Below, piece after piece: positions 20,064-29,519 of a stretch of DNA of 50,361 nt. A program made the translations under genes and the position numbers. How positions within the stretch are numbered: position 1 is the stretch's first letter; each line of letters begins with the position of its first letter. The DNA is from Candidatus Binataceae bacterium (GTDB lineage: Bacteria > Desulfobacterota > Binatia > Binatales > Binataceae). Location of the stretch: the NCBI GenBank assembly GCA_024281015.1, contig JAMXLL010000181.1:1-50361 (forward strand), written 5' to 3'. The notes below the pieces were generated by a model. The model was not told where the DNA came from. It saw nothing but the letters and a program-made list of their open reading frames with translations, and ran no database searches.

Positions 20064-20210
20064 AGCTTTCTCCGCCCAACGATAGCTCGGCATGAGAGCG
20101 ACCCTATTCCTTTCGCGCGTAGTTTAATGGAGACGGCTGGCTTGAGGCCCGTTGTCTTACGATACAACCCGGCCTTGATGAATTGACCATCAGCCGCTTG
20201 GCCGAGGAAT

Positions 20211-20238
20211 TAGTCGATAGCTCCTAGTCGATAGCTCC
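20211..20238. repeat. Perfect 14-bp tandem duplication (TAGTCGATAGCTCC x2)
   Basis: Read directly from the sequence just downstream of the MFS stop. Confidence 0.85.
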
Positions 20239-20257
20239 GAGCATCTAACTCGGGAGC

Positions 20258-21547
20258 TCATTCGACTGCTGGGGCTGGTTGCGGAGAAGCTATGACTTCT
20301 TGCGCGGCTGCAGATGATGTGGTGCGCCACGCGATGATGGTGGACAGCATGACAATCAGGCCAGCCAAGAGGTAAGGCGCACCGGGAAGATGCCAAGACC
20401 GATAGGGCCCAATGAACTTCGCGAATGTGCTCGTGAAGATGATCGGTCCGATCATGAAAGCGATTCCGCGGATGCTGCTCAGCGCGCCTTGTAGTTGACC
20501 TTGTTCGGTCGGTTTCACCCGGCGCGTCATCAGGCTCTGCATCGGCGGATTTGATAAACCGCCTAAAGAGCCGACTGGAAGGCCGGTCCAGAACAGCAGC
20601 CCGGTCGGTGCCAGGCCATAAACCAGGAATGCCGCAAAGTTAAACACCATGCCGCTGAGCATTACGCGGCGATCGCCGAATCTCGCCACCAGTGGCTGCA
20701 CCATTCCGGCGCCCACCGCAGCCGTGCAGACCCCGACACTCGCGATTGCTAATCCCACGAGCCGCTCGTTCCAGCGGTACCGGTACATCGCATACAACAC
20801 GAACGTGGTCGGTAGCGCCTCATGAGCTATGCTGGTGAGAAAGCTCACGCTCGACAGGGCTAGTAATTCCATGTGCGAGTGCAACAATTTAATCGACCCT
20901 ATCGAATTGGCGCGCCGCCAGTTGAAAGCTTCACGCCGATCGCGTGGAAGGGACTCCGGGAGCACCAACAGACCGTACATAGCATTGAGCAGGCTCAGTC
21001 CCGCCGCGATCCAAAACGGTAATCGAGGGTTGATGCTGCCGAATACTCCACCAAGCGCCGGGCCGAGTACGAAACCCAGACCGAATGCCGCGCTAATCAT
21101 CCCATAACTGCCGGCGCGCTTGTCGGGCGGCGCGGTATCGGCGATATAGGCGCTCGCCGTCGAAAAACTTGCGGAGGTTATCCCGGAAATCACTCGACCC
21201 GCGAATAGCCACCATACAGTGGGCGCCACTGCCATCACCACGTAGTCCAATCCGAGGCCAAAATTGGACAATAGGATTATGGGGCGTCGCCCGAAACGAT
21301 CGGAGGCCGCGCCCAGCACGGGAGAGAATAGAAACTGCATTGCGGCCCATACCATCCCGAACAAGCCCACATACTCGGCCGCACGCGCCGTGTCGCCGTA
21401 CAGAAAGTCCTCGACCAGCTTAGGCAGCACCGGCACGATCAGGCCGAGAGCCAGCATATCCAGTGCTACGGTAATGAATATGAAGGCGAGTGCAGCACTC
21501 CGCGGTCGGGGCTGGGCGGTCTCGGAACCCGGCTCAGCGAACTTCAT
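20258..21547 (-). CDS. TCR/Tet-family (DHA1) MFS transporter
   Basis: Motif A GAASDRFGRRP, GRVISGIT and GFVLGPALGG, with about 12 TM segments. Confidence 0.92.
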   Translation of the reverse strand: MKFAEPGSETAQPRPRSAALAFIFITVALDMLALGLIVPVLPKLVEDFLYGDTARAAEYVGLFGMVWAAMQFLFSPVLGAASDRFGRRPIILLSNFGLGLDYVVMAVAPTVWWLFAGRVISGITSASFSTASAYIADTAPPDKRAGSYGMISAAFGLGFVLGPALGGVFGSINPRLPFWIAAGLSLLNAMYGLLVLPESLPRDRREAFNWRRANSIGSIKLLHSHMELLALSSVSFLTSIAHEALPTTFVLYAMYRYRWNERLVGLAIASVGVCTAAVGAGMVQPLVARFGDRRVMLSGMVFNFAAFLVYGLAPTGLLFWTGLPVGSLGGLSNPPMQSLMTRRVKPTEQGQLQGALSSIRGIAFMIGPIIFTSTFAKFIGPYRSWHLPGAPYLLAGLIVMLSTIIAWRTTSSAAAQEVIASPQPAPAVE

Positions 21548-22071
21548 TGCTTTCCGGTAGCCTCAGTCTTCTTCCGGGACCTGGTCTTTGGCCTGGAATT
21601 TTCCTTCGATTTCACCTTTATTCTTGACTGCGAAGTTAAGCGCCGCTGTGTGGCAAGTTCTGACAAGGCAGCGACCTGGTCTATCGCAGATGGTAGGCGT
21701 CCGGTGAGCTTTTTCGGCGCCGACATCAGATAACCATCGTTCACGATTGCGGCCACCTCATCCCAATTGACTTGGTCGTCAACGCGCACACCAACCCACC
21801 CTTTCGGGCCCATGTACGGCGGAATGAAGAAACGCTTACTGTCGGACTTGACCAGGATCTCCTGAACCATAGGCGGTGCTTTCACCCATACCGCGATATG
21901 GCCGCTATTGTGGTGATTGTTGTCGGTCATCGCGAACATGCTGCCGCCAGTTACCCGAAAGGTACACTCCCCCCACGGTTCTTTTTCGAACGCTTGCGGA
22001 AAAGCGAGGCAGATCTCTCGCAGTCGTCTTATCGCCGGACTCGACTCGTCGTACATTCGTGGATGCGCCAT
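21544..22071 (-). CDS. MmcQ/YjbR family protein with basic C-terminal tail
   Basis: LREICLAFP...WG...TFRV...FFIPPYMGPKGWVGV...Y.MSAPKKL. Confidence 0.85.
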   Translation of the reverse strand: MAHPRMYDESSPAIRRLREICLAFPQAFEKEPWGECTFRVTGGSMFAMTDNNHHNSGHIAVWVKAPPMVQEILVKSDSKRFFIPPYMGPKGWVGVRVDDQVNWDEVAAIVNDGYLMSAPKKLTGRLPSAIDQVAALSELATQRRLTSQSRIKVKSKENSRPKTRSRKKTEATGKQ

Positions 22072-22236
22072 GCCCCCTCCTCACAGTTGCTCGGCTTCAA
22101 TTACTCTGATTCTGTATGGGGTCCGGCCATCCGCTCCGGCAGCTCGCTGCTTTTTTCTGGTCTGAAACTGGTGCGCCGCCTCGGAACTCTTCGAGCGTCA
22201 GACCTTGGTTCCGACAGTGCTGATGTCTTGTAAGCA

Positions 22237-23205
22237 TCAAGGCATGAGCAGCAGTTTGCCGGTCGACTGCCGCGAAAGCATGTAACGATGCGCCCCCGCC
22301 GCCTCGGCCAGCGGAAACTTCCTCCCGATAGGAATTTTTAATTTACCCTCGCGAGAGAGTCGGAAGACGTCATCGACACCCCGCTGATGGATTTCGCGCA
22401 TGCTGTAGACCATCGGCACTGCAAAGCCGCTCACTTTGAGTGATTTGCTGAAAAGCCGCATCGGATCGAGCCGGTCCGGCAGACCTCCGGCCCTGCCGTA
22501 AAGCACCAAATGCCCGAACGGGGCGAGGCAGGCAAGGCCTTTCTCGAGCGTTGGCTTGCCAACGGCATCGAGGATTAAGTCGACGCCGCGGCCCTCCGTC
22601 AGGCGCATCGCCGCTTCGGCGAAATCCTGCGTTTCATAGTTGATCACTTCATCGGCGCCGAAGTCGCGGACCAATTGCTGCTTGCCATCGCTTGACACCG
22701 TCCCGAACACGCGCGCGCCACCTGCCTTGGCGATCTGGACAGCAGCGATACCTACTCCACCCGCCGCAGAATGCACAATGACCGTCTGACCCGGGGTCAA
22801 ATGATGGCAGGTGTGAATCGTATGCCAGGCCGTCAGCACTGCTATCGGGAAGGCCGCTCCTTCTTCGAAACTGAGATAGTCCGGCAAAATCATGATGCGG
22901 CCCGCTCGAATCAAGGTATATTCCGCATACGATCCCATTCCGATATAGGCGACCCGCGTTCCCGGTTTGAGATTCGTGACGTCCGGCGCAACCGCATCGA
23001 TCACGCCCGCCGCTTCCATGCCTGGAGTGTCTGGTAACCTGGGCTTGACCAGGTACTCGTTGCGCGTGAAGAAGAGGTCACCGAAGTTGACTGCTATAGC
23101 ATGGTTGCGCACTCGTACCGTGCCGGGGCGTAATTCGGGCATCGGAATATCAGTGTAGTACATAACCTCCGGCCCCCCGATGCGATCAAACTGGATTCCT
23201 TTCAT
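22237..23205 (-). CDS. NADPH:quinone oxidoreductase (MDR superfamily)
   Basis: GGPEV, VNFGD, PGMEAAG, HSAAGGVG and STGKLLL motifs. Confidence 0.92.
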   Translation of the reverse strand: MKGIQFDRIGGPEVMYYTDIPMPELRPGTVRVRNHAIAVNFGDLFFTRNEYLVKPRLPDTPGMEAAGVIDAVAPDVTNLKPGTRVAYIGMGSYAEYTLIRAGRIMILPDYLSFEEGAAFPIAVLTAWHTIHTCHHLTPGQTVIVHSAAGGVGIAAVQIAKAGGARVFGTVSSDGKQQLVRDFGADEVINYETQDFAEAAMRLTEGRGVDLILDAVGKPTLEKGLACLAPFGHLVLYGRAGGLPDRLDPMRLFSKSLKVSGFAVPMVYSMREIHQRGVDDVFRLSREGKLKIPIGRKFPLAEAAGAHRYMLSRQSTGKLLLMP

Positions 23206-23370
23206 GCACCTACCTCACAGGAGCGGGCTGTCCGACCATTCAAAATGGAACAGCAGTTTTTCAGGCGTGGGATTGACGTGGAATCCCCGGTAATAACTTG
23301 CGGCAGGCGCACTCGTCATCGGTGCCAGCTACAAACTGCCAGCTAGTGGCCGTGCTTGTAGAGCGAGTCT

Positions 23371-24291
23371 TTAGCCGAGTATCGTGCCCGGCGCCACCAC
23401 CCCGTTAGCAGCCAGTTCCGCTGGTGCAATCTTGGTCGAAGCCGGTTCTAAACGCACCCGCCGCAACAGTATGCTCGCGTCCCGCAACGCTATCCTTAGA
23501 CCCTCAGCGTTGGCTGAAATGATACCTCCGGGGGGAAAACCCGCCACCTCCGCCTCGAGACTCGGCTCATAAAGGCGCAGCGGCTGCCCATTGAGCAGCG
23601 CATAAGCACCAGGCTGCGGATCACATCCCCGAATGAGATTGTGCACCTCGCGCCCAGGTCTGGCGAAATCGACGCGGGCGTGTTCGTCGCGGCAAATCGG
23701 CTCATAAGTTGCGCGGCTCTCATCTTGCGGGATTCGAGGCGCATCACCCGCATCGATTAAGCGCAGCGCATCGCCCAGCGTCTCGATCCCAAGCGGGAAA
23801 AGCGTGTTGAAGTAAAGCGAGCCCGTAGTCTCGTCGGGACCGATCGGTACTCGCCGCTGTATCAGGATGGGACCCGTATCAATGCCCTTGTCGGGCCAAA
23901 ACCATGTGACCCCTGTTTCGCTATCGCCCTGGATGAGGGTCCAGGCAATCGCACTCGCACCGCGATGGCGGGGCAAGAGCGAAGGATGAAAGCAGATGGA
24001 TTGATGGCGGGGGGCATACAGGATTCGCTCGGGCACGATTATCGTGACAAACGCCATTACCGCGAGGTCGGCGTCGAGCGATTTGAATTGATCGTAGGCT
24101 ACCTCAGACCGGAACGATGAGGGCTGGCTAAGCTGTAATCCCAGCTCAAGCGCTTTAATCTTTACCGCGTCCGCCCGGGTTCCCGGGCGGTCCGGCGGGG
24201 CAAAAACGTGGACGATTTCGTCCCCTCGGGCCTGGAGAAGCTCCAGGGCCTTGGCCGCGAATGGCGCCTGACCAATCAGAACAACCCGCAC
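23371..24291 (-). CDS. Formyltransferase family protein, 10-formyl-THF dehydrogenase N-terminal (hydrolase)-like
   Basis: IGQ..F, HPSLLPRHRGASAI.WTLI, FWPDKGIDTG and IRGCDPQPGA motifs. GGAGG SD before GTG. Confidence 0.85.
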   Translation of the reverse strand: MRVVLIGQAPFAAKALELLQARGDEIVHVFAPPDRPGTRADAVKIKALELGLQLSQPSSFRSEVAYDQFKSLDADLAVMAFVTIIVPERILYAPRHQSICFHPSLLPRHRGASAIAWTLIQGDSETGVTWFWPDKGIDTGPILIQRRVPIGPDETTGSLYFNTLFPLGIETLGDALRLIDAGDAPRIPQDESRATYEPICRDEHARVDFARPGREVHNLIRGCDPQPGAYALLNGQPLRLYEPSLEAEVAGFPPGGIISANAEGLRIALRDASILLRRVRLEPASTKIAPAELAANGVVAPGTILG

Positions 24292-24366
24292 GCTTGCAAC
24301 CTCCCGCCGCAGAGCAGACTCGTTGAGAACCTCTATTACATTTCCATCTCAACACCAGCGTCAAGC

Positions 24367-24584
24367 GGACCTGTTGATTTCTGCACGAGCAGAGCACATA
24401 GCAGGCGGCCAGGCTCAGAGCGGGCCGCCCCGAGTCCTACGCGGAGCGAAGCGGAGCCGAGCTAAGAAGCCTGCGGCTGCGCACCGTGGAGGGCTAAGAG
24501 GGGATGCAGTTTTGAAAACGAAGATGATCTTGCGCGCCGTACCCAAGAGAGCGTCTCACCGTTCGTGCAGAACTGCTACACGCC
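24367..24584. mobile_element. Degenerate MITE/REP-like element with imperfect terminal inverted repeats
   Basis: TTCTGCACGAGC (24379-24390) pairs with GTTCGTGCAGAA (24561-24572). The internal GCGGAGCGAAGCGGAGC core is shared with 33361-33390. Confidence 0.45.
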
Positions 24585-24720
24585 ATTAGGCAACTTCATT
24601 CTCGGCTAACTCGTGCCTGTCCGCTCGGCGGCTATCGTCGGGCACTAATCCTGCTCCTTGCATCACTGATTGTAACACGTCTGCCCGGGCAGACGCCGCT
24701 CCAAGGAGCACCGCGAATGT

Positions 24721-25260
24721 ATGGACAACCAAGCCGCTCTCTCAAAAGAGTTTGAGCTGAACACTCAAACCGACGATCCTCCTCGTCGCGAGGGTCATCG
24801 GCGGCGACCGCACGGGGAAATAGCTGCACCTGCAGCTTCAACTAAAACCAGGCTGGCGACCATGCTCAAGGCGCGCCGGCGCGAATTGGGTCTCACCCAG
24901 CATTCACTCGCCCAAAAACTCGGCATCCGCGCGAGCCACATAGCATTGCTGGAAAACGGGCGACGGCGGCCCTCGCTGGGCCTGATAGTGCGCCTGACAG
25001 GCGTGTTGGGCTTCGATGGCCGCGAGCTTCTGGAAACCGCCTATCCCGAGATCCGAACGCTGTTGTCACCAGCTTCTCCGAGGCGGCGAATTAAGCTTAA
25101 CAATTCATGGGAACGATTGTTCAAGAATGACACCCTGCTATCCCGCTATCGCGTAACAAGCAGGGAAATAGAAGTGTTGGAACACCTTGGTATGCTGGGC
25201 GGAAAGCTAACCGCGAAACGGCTGCTCGCCATTCTGCTGCTCGTGCGCGATACCCCCTAG
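24721..25260 (+). CDS. XRE-family helix-turn-helix transcriptional regulator (start may be ATG 24862)
   Basis: LKARRRELGLTQHSLAQKLGIRASHIALLENGRRRPS. Confidence 0.8.
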   Translation: MDNQAALSKEFELNTQTDDPPRREGHRRRPHGEIAAPAASTKTRLATMLKARRRELGLTQHSLAQKLGIRASHIALLENGRRRPSLGLIVRLTGVLGFDGRELLETAYPEIRTLLSPASPRRRIKLNNSWERLFKNDTLLSRYRVTSREIEVLEHLGMLGGKLTAKRLLAILLLVRDTP

Positions 25261-25409
25261 ACCGCACCGTCCCTAAAGCTACCCGGCCTCGACCATCGCG
25301 GCTTAATTGAAGTCGATCTAAGCAGGGCGATTGCGGGAGTCGCGATGGTCTGATTGAGTAATAGTTTCAATCGATTTGCTGCTATGTGTGCGCGAAGGAG
25401 GAAGCAGCT

Positions 25410-25769
25410 ATGGATGCGCAGCTAGGCGCGCCACCGAACTATCGCATAGTCGCGGCCCTGAGTTACTTGCTTGGACTGATTACCGGGGTGATCTTCCTCT
25501 ACGTCGAGCCCTACAGCCGCGACGAGTTCGTGCGCTTCCACGCGCGCCAGTCGATTATTTTTTCCATCGCGTGGTTTGCAGTTCAGGTCATAGCCGGCGT
25601 GTTTATCGCGGTCATGCCGCACCCGATTTCACGCCTGCTTGCTTTCCTGCTCTCAATCTTCAACATCGCTACGGCGATATTCTGGGTCATTTTGATGTAC
25701 AAGGCCTATACTGGCGAGCGCTACCGGATTCCGGAATTGGCTGATTGGGCTGATTCGCTGGGATTCTAG
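25410..25769 (+). CDS. DUF4870-type small membrane protein
   Basis: AALSYLLG..., FVRFHARQS and KAYTGERYRIP motifs. AAGGAGG SD before ATG 25410. Confidence 0.85.
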   Translation: MDAQLGAPPNYRIVAALSYLLGLITGVIFLYVEPYSRDEFVRFHARQSIIFSIAWFAVQVIAGVFIAVMPHPISRLLAFLLSIFNIATAIFWVILMYKAYTGERYRIPELADWADSLGF

Positions 25770-25815
25770 AGCACCGTCCTCGGCCATCGAACACTAAGGT
25801 CATCGGCACCCGAGA

Positions 25816-26289
25816 CTAGCCGCCGATTTCGACCGTTTCGAGCCGGATACCGGCCTGGTCAAACCGCACTACGACCTGGAATTCACCGGTCCTGATCGTT
25901 AGAGAATAAGCGGCGGGCGCGCGGGCGACCACGCTGATCGCGTTAATAGCCTGCCCCGTCAGTCGCGCGAATGCCGCATTGGCAGCATCGATCGAACCTG
26001 CAATTTCTCGTCCGCGTGGGGTTTTTTGAAAGAGCGACCAGAGCGACAGCTCCGCCCCCGGGCCATAGAAGTTGCGGACGCGTCCGCTGGTAAGGAGTAC
26101 TTCGGCTATGGCGCCGAGACGTCCTGCTAATTCGGGCGGCACTTCGAGGGTATCAAGCGCCTCACGCAGCGCCTGATATGGGGCGCGAGCCTCAGCATCT
26201 GGCGCGGCCGCCAGAAACGACTCGAGCTGCGGCGCCAGGATATCGCGCTGCAGCCGGTCCAGCTTCAAGGATTCATTGCGTACCGCCAT
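25816..26289 (-). CDS. Conserved hypothetical protein, third gene of the sulfite/APS reductase operon
   Basis: Protein-like ~157-aa ORF overlapping the cysH stop. The start is approximate. Confidence 0.65.
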   Translation of the reverse strand: MAVRNESLKLDRLQRDILAPQLESFLAAAPDAEARAPYQALREALDTLEVPPELAGRLGAIAEVLLTSGRVRNFYGPGAELSLWSLFQKTPRGREIAGSIDAANAAFARLTGQAINAISVVARAPAAYSLTIRTGEFQVVVRFDQAGIRLETVEIGG

Positions 26290-27106
26290 GACCATTAACG
26301 GCCATTGCGCCGGGAGAGCCATCGGCGTCGTGGCCGCCCAGCAGCGCGGCCAGCTCGTGCTCAAAACCGCCAGTCTCAATGGCGCAATGCATGCCACATT
26401 CTTTGGGCGCTCCCGTTTCCCACCACCAGCGGCCAGAACGCGGATCGGCATCGGCGGCTACAGCGCGGGTGCAGGGGGCGCATCCGATGGACTTATAGCC
26501 TTGGTCATACAACTCGTTATAGGGAACGTCGTTGGCGCGGATGTAATCCCAGACCTCCTCTTCGGTCCAGTCTGCCAACGGCGCAAGCTTTACGATTCCG
26601 CCATGATCGTGGTCGATTTCGATCTTGCGGATGTTGGACCTCGTCGCCCATTGCTCACGCCGTAGCCCTGTGACCCACGCCTCGAAATTCATCAACGCCC
26701 TCCTGAGCGGCAGGACTTTGCGTATCTGGCAGCAAAGCAGCCGGAGGTTGACATCGCGATGAAAAAGGTTGGCGCCGTGGCGGGTGACCATCTGCTCGAC
26801 AACCCGCGTGTCGGGCTGGAACACCTCGATCCGGATATCATATCGGTCGCGAATACGATCGATGAGCTGGTAAGTCTGCTCGGGTTGGCGGCCCGTATCT
26901 ATGGTGAATACGCGAACGGTGGGGTCAATTCGCCAGGCCATGTCAATCAGCGCGCAGCCTTCGGCTTGAAAGCTCGAACAGATGCCGAGCTGCGAACCGA
27001 ATCGTTCTACCGCCCAGCCGAGAACCTCCTGCGGCTCCTGGCTATCGAGTTCGACTGCGGCTTCTCCCGCTTCGAGTTCATCCATTAAGTAACGTTCGGT
27101 CTGCAT
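26273..27106 (-). CDS. cysH: Adenylyl-sulfate (APS) reductase, CysH family with Fe-S motif
   Basis: IDTG, CCQIRKV, TGLRREQ, SIGCAPCT, RSGRWWWE and ECGMH. CC plus CxxC marks the [4Fe-4S] APS-reductase type. Confidence 0.92.
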   Translation of the reverse strand: MQTERYLMDELEAGEAAVELDSQEPQEVLGWAVERFGSQLGICSSFQAEGCALIDMAWRIDPTVRVFTIDTGRQPEQTYQLIDRIRDRYDIRIEVFQPDTRVVEQMVTRHGANLFHRDVNLRLLCCQIRKVLPLRRALMNFEAWVTGLRREQWATRSNIRKIEIDHDHGGIVKLAPLADWTEEEVWDYIRANDVPYNELYDQGYKSIGCAPCTRAVAADADPRSGRWWWETGAPKECGMHCAIETGGFEHELAALLGGHDADGSPGAMAVNGHGGTQ

Positions 27107-27226
27107 CTTCTGTCACCAACCGAGACTAGTAGGAGGGGCAGCCTTGACCCGAGAAGCGAAGGATCGCGGCCACCGGTCGAGGTCGCTTAAGTACGTTCTG
27201 AGCTGACCTCTGTTGTTGGGCACGGC

Positions 27227-28855
27227 TCAATCCGTCAGTTGCGGCGCGACGGAACTTGCGGTCTCACCTGCGCCCAGCGCCATCAAAAAATTGTCGGGCA
27301 TCCTCGCGCAAAAACGCGTAAACGACTCGCCTGACAACCGATTCTGCAAATAGCCGGCGAACAGCCTGGTTACGGTGCCTTCAACCTGGGCAGACGGCAC
27401 GCGACGCAGAAGCGGCTTGCCGATAGCCGCATCCGGCCCCAGCCCGCCACGCAAGATGATATCGAACGCTTCCAATGGTTCGCCGTTGGGGCCGCGGCCC
27501 GTGGTCCCCTGAAGACCGATGTCGCCGGTCCAATGCTGTGCGCACGCATGCGGACAAGCATCGAGATTAAGCTTCAGACCCGCAACTTGATCACCGAATT
27601 CCGCCGTCAGCTGCCGGATCAGCGACGCGAGCTTTTCCTTGCTGGGCGTGACTGCATAATTACAATGGGGATCGCCGATGCAACCGATGGAGGATCCATA
27701 AAGCCCGTTCACCTCCAGTGGAAACCCGATCTCCCCAACTTCAGCGATAGCCTCCTCCAGCCGCTCTCGGGGAATGCCGCTGAGGATGAAGTTCTGGCGG
27801 CGAGTCAGCCGGATGTCACCGCCATAGCTCGACGCCAAGTCGGCAATACGGCGCATTTGGCGACCGCTCATCAAACCAAGGTAGACTGGAAAGCCTACAT
27901 AGAATCTTCCCGTCTCGTTCTGCTCGTGCACCCCCATATGGTCACTCTCGCCTGCCGGTAACGGCAGTTCAGTCAGCGGTTCCAGCGCAGCACCGAATCG
28001 CGCCTCGACTAACTGCCTGAAGGCATCGACGCCGTAGTCATCAATCATAAACTTGAGGCGCGCTTTGACCCGTGAGAGACGGTATTCGGTGCTTGACTGC
28101 CACGCATCGATAATTGCGCGCAGGACCGGCAAAGCCTGGTCGCAGGTGATGAAGACTCCCAAATGGCGAGAAAGTCGAGGCGTCGAAGATTGGCCGCCCC
28201 CGACTCGGACAGCGAAACCCGCCTGCCCATTGTGAACTGTGCCGACCAAAGCAATGCAGTTAATTTCCGGTGCATTGCATTGATAGGTACACGCAGAGAT
28301 CGTGATTTTGTGCTTGCGCGGCAAGTCCGAGTAGTCCCGGTTTCCATAGAAGAAGCCGGCGGCTTGCTTGGTTAACCCGCTAACATCAAACAGTTCCTCC
28401 CGGTCAACGCCGGCCACCGGGCAACCAGTTATATTGCGCACGACGTCGCCGCACCCGCCCATCGTGGTCAGCCCAACCGCCTTTAACCGATCGAGGATAG
28501 ACGGAAAACGTTCAAGTGAGATGTAATGGAGCTGGATATTCTGCCGGGTTGTCAATTCTCCCTGATCGCGGCCGTATGCTTCGGAAATGTCCCCGATCAC
28601 ACGCAGTCCATCAGGGGTCAGCACGCCGCCAGGAATCTTCACTCGCATCATAAAGGTTCCGACTTTCGGCTTGTCGTGGTACATGCCGAACCATTGGAGG
28701 CGAACGATGTCTTCTTCAGGCAGCTTTTCGTAAGGAGTGGAGATCAATCGTTGCCATTGACCGGCCAATTCCGTTGGAAAAAGCTCGTTTTTCAGCCTTT
28801 CGACTGAATTACGTTTTAGCACCAGCTCGCGAGATGGGGGTTCGCGTTTCGGCAC
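27227..28855 (-). CDS. sir: Ferredoxin-type siroheme sulfite (nitrite/sulfite) reductase
   Basis: TTRQNIQLH, GDVVRN and LPRKHK motifs, with siroheme/4Fe-4S ligands CIGDPHC and CPHAC. Adjacent to cysH. Confidence 0.9.
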   Translation of the reverse strand: MPKREPPSRELVLKRNSVERLKNELFPTELAGQWQRLISTPYEKLPEEDIVRLQWFGMYHDKPKVGTFMMRVKIPGGVLTPDGLRVIGDISEAYGRDQGELTTRQNIQLHYISLERFPSILDRLKAVGLTTMGGCGDVVRNITGCPVAGVDREELFDVSGLTKQAAGFFYGNRDYSDLPRKHKITISACTYQCNAPEINCIALVGTVHNGQAGFAVRVGGGQSSTPRLSRHLGVFITCDQALPVLRAIIDAWQSSTEYRLSRVKARLKFMIDDYGVDAFRQLVEARFGAALEPLTELPLPAGESDHMGVHEQNETGRFYVGFPVYLGLMSGRQMRRIADLASSYGGDIRLTRRQNFILSGIPRERLEEAIAEVGEIGFPLEVNGLYGSSIGCIGDPHCNYAVTPSKEKLASLIRQLTAEFGDQVAGLKLNLDACPHACAQHWTGDIGLQGTTGRGPNGEPLEAFDIILRGGLGPDAAIGKPLLRRVPSAQVEGTVTRLFAGYLQNRLSGESFTRFCARMPDNFLMALGAGETASSVAPQLTD

Positions 28856-28892
28856 TGGACCGCACTCTCCAGGGACTGAGTTACTTCGGGAA

Positions 28893-28925
28893 AACGTAAC
28901 TTATGCGAGTATATTAGTCAAGAAT
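28893..28925 (-). promoter_or_regulatory. sir promoter (TTGACT-N17-TACGTT) overlapped by an IscR type-1-like Rrf2 operator
   Basis: The minus strand of 28901-28925 reads ATTCTTGACTAATATACTCGCATAA, close to the IscR type-1 pattern ATA-YYGACTRWWWYAGTCRR-TAT. It sits between divergent sir and Rrf2 genes. Confidence 0.65.
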
Positions 28926-29012
28926 TTAGGTGAGTTGGAAAGTTATCTATTCCTGCGAGCCATTGGACCTGCTACAAATGTGGTCGACAGTATACAAACC
29001 ACTTAGCGACGG

Positions 29013-29453
29013 ATGAAATTTGGAGTTGGCGTAGACTATTGCCTCAAGGCCCTGATCTTGTTGGCAGAGCGTTTCCCGTCCGGGCAGCCGCAACGGGTCG
29101 AAGAAATTGCCGCTGCTCAGAACATCCCCGAAAATTATCTCCGCCGCCTTCTACTTGAGCTCAAACGCGGAGGCTTGGTGGCCAGCCAGAAGGGACCGAA
29201 CGGAGGGTACGTCCTCGCGCGTCATCCGGCGAAGATCAGCATGGCAGACGTGGTGCTGCTGATCGAGGGCGACTATGTACCAGTTGAATGCCTCGAGGCA
29301 GGCGTGATGAACTCGATTTGTCAACGCGGCGATGCTTGCGCGATGCGGCAAGTCTGGTGTGAGATCCGGGACAACGTCAACGCCATTCTTCGCCGCACGA
29401 CCTTACAATCCTTGACCGAGCGCCGCCGTGTCGCGATTAATTTTCAAATCTAG
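29013..29453 (+). CDS. Rrf2-family transcriptional regulator with three C-terminal Cys
   Basis: DYCLKAL...IPENYL...SQKGPNGGYVLAR...IEG, with C-x9-C-x5-C. Confidence 0.92.
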   Translation: MKFGVGVDYCLKALILLAERFPSGQPQRVEEIAAAQNIPENYLRRLLLELKRGGLVASQKGPNGGYVLARHPAKISMADVVLLIEGDYVPVECLEAGVMNSICQRGDACAMRQVWCEIRDNVNAILRRTTLQSLTERRRVAINFQI

Positions 29454-29519
29454 GTCAAAGAATGACCGGCTGATGGGCCTCAGCCGGCCTTCTTGGGTAA
29501 AATCGGCCAGCCTGCAACG

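Noticed and set aside
20211-20238. Possible CRISPR repeat
   Set aside because: Only two adjacent 14-bp copies, with no spacers and no cas genes.
20258-21547. Calling the MFS a tetA resistance gene
   Set aside because: No tetR or mobile context. Family membership alone does not define the substrate.
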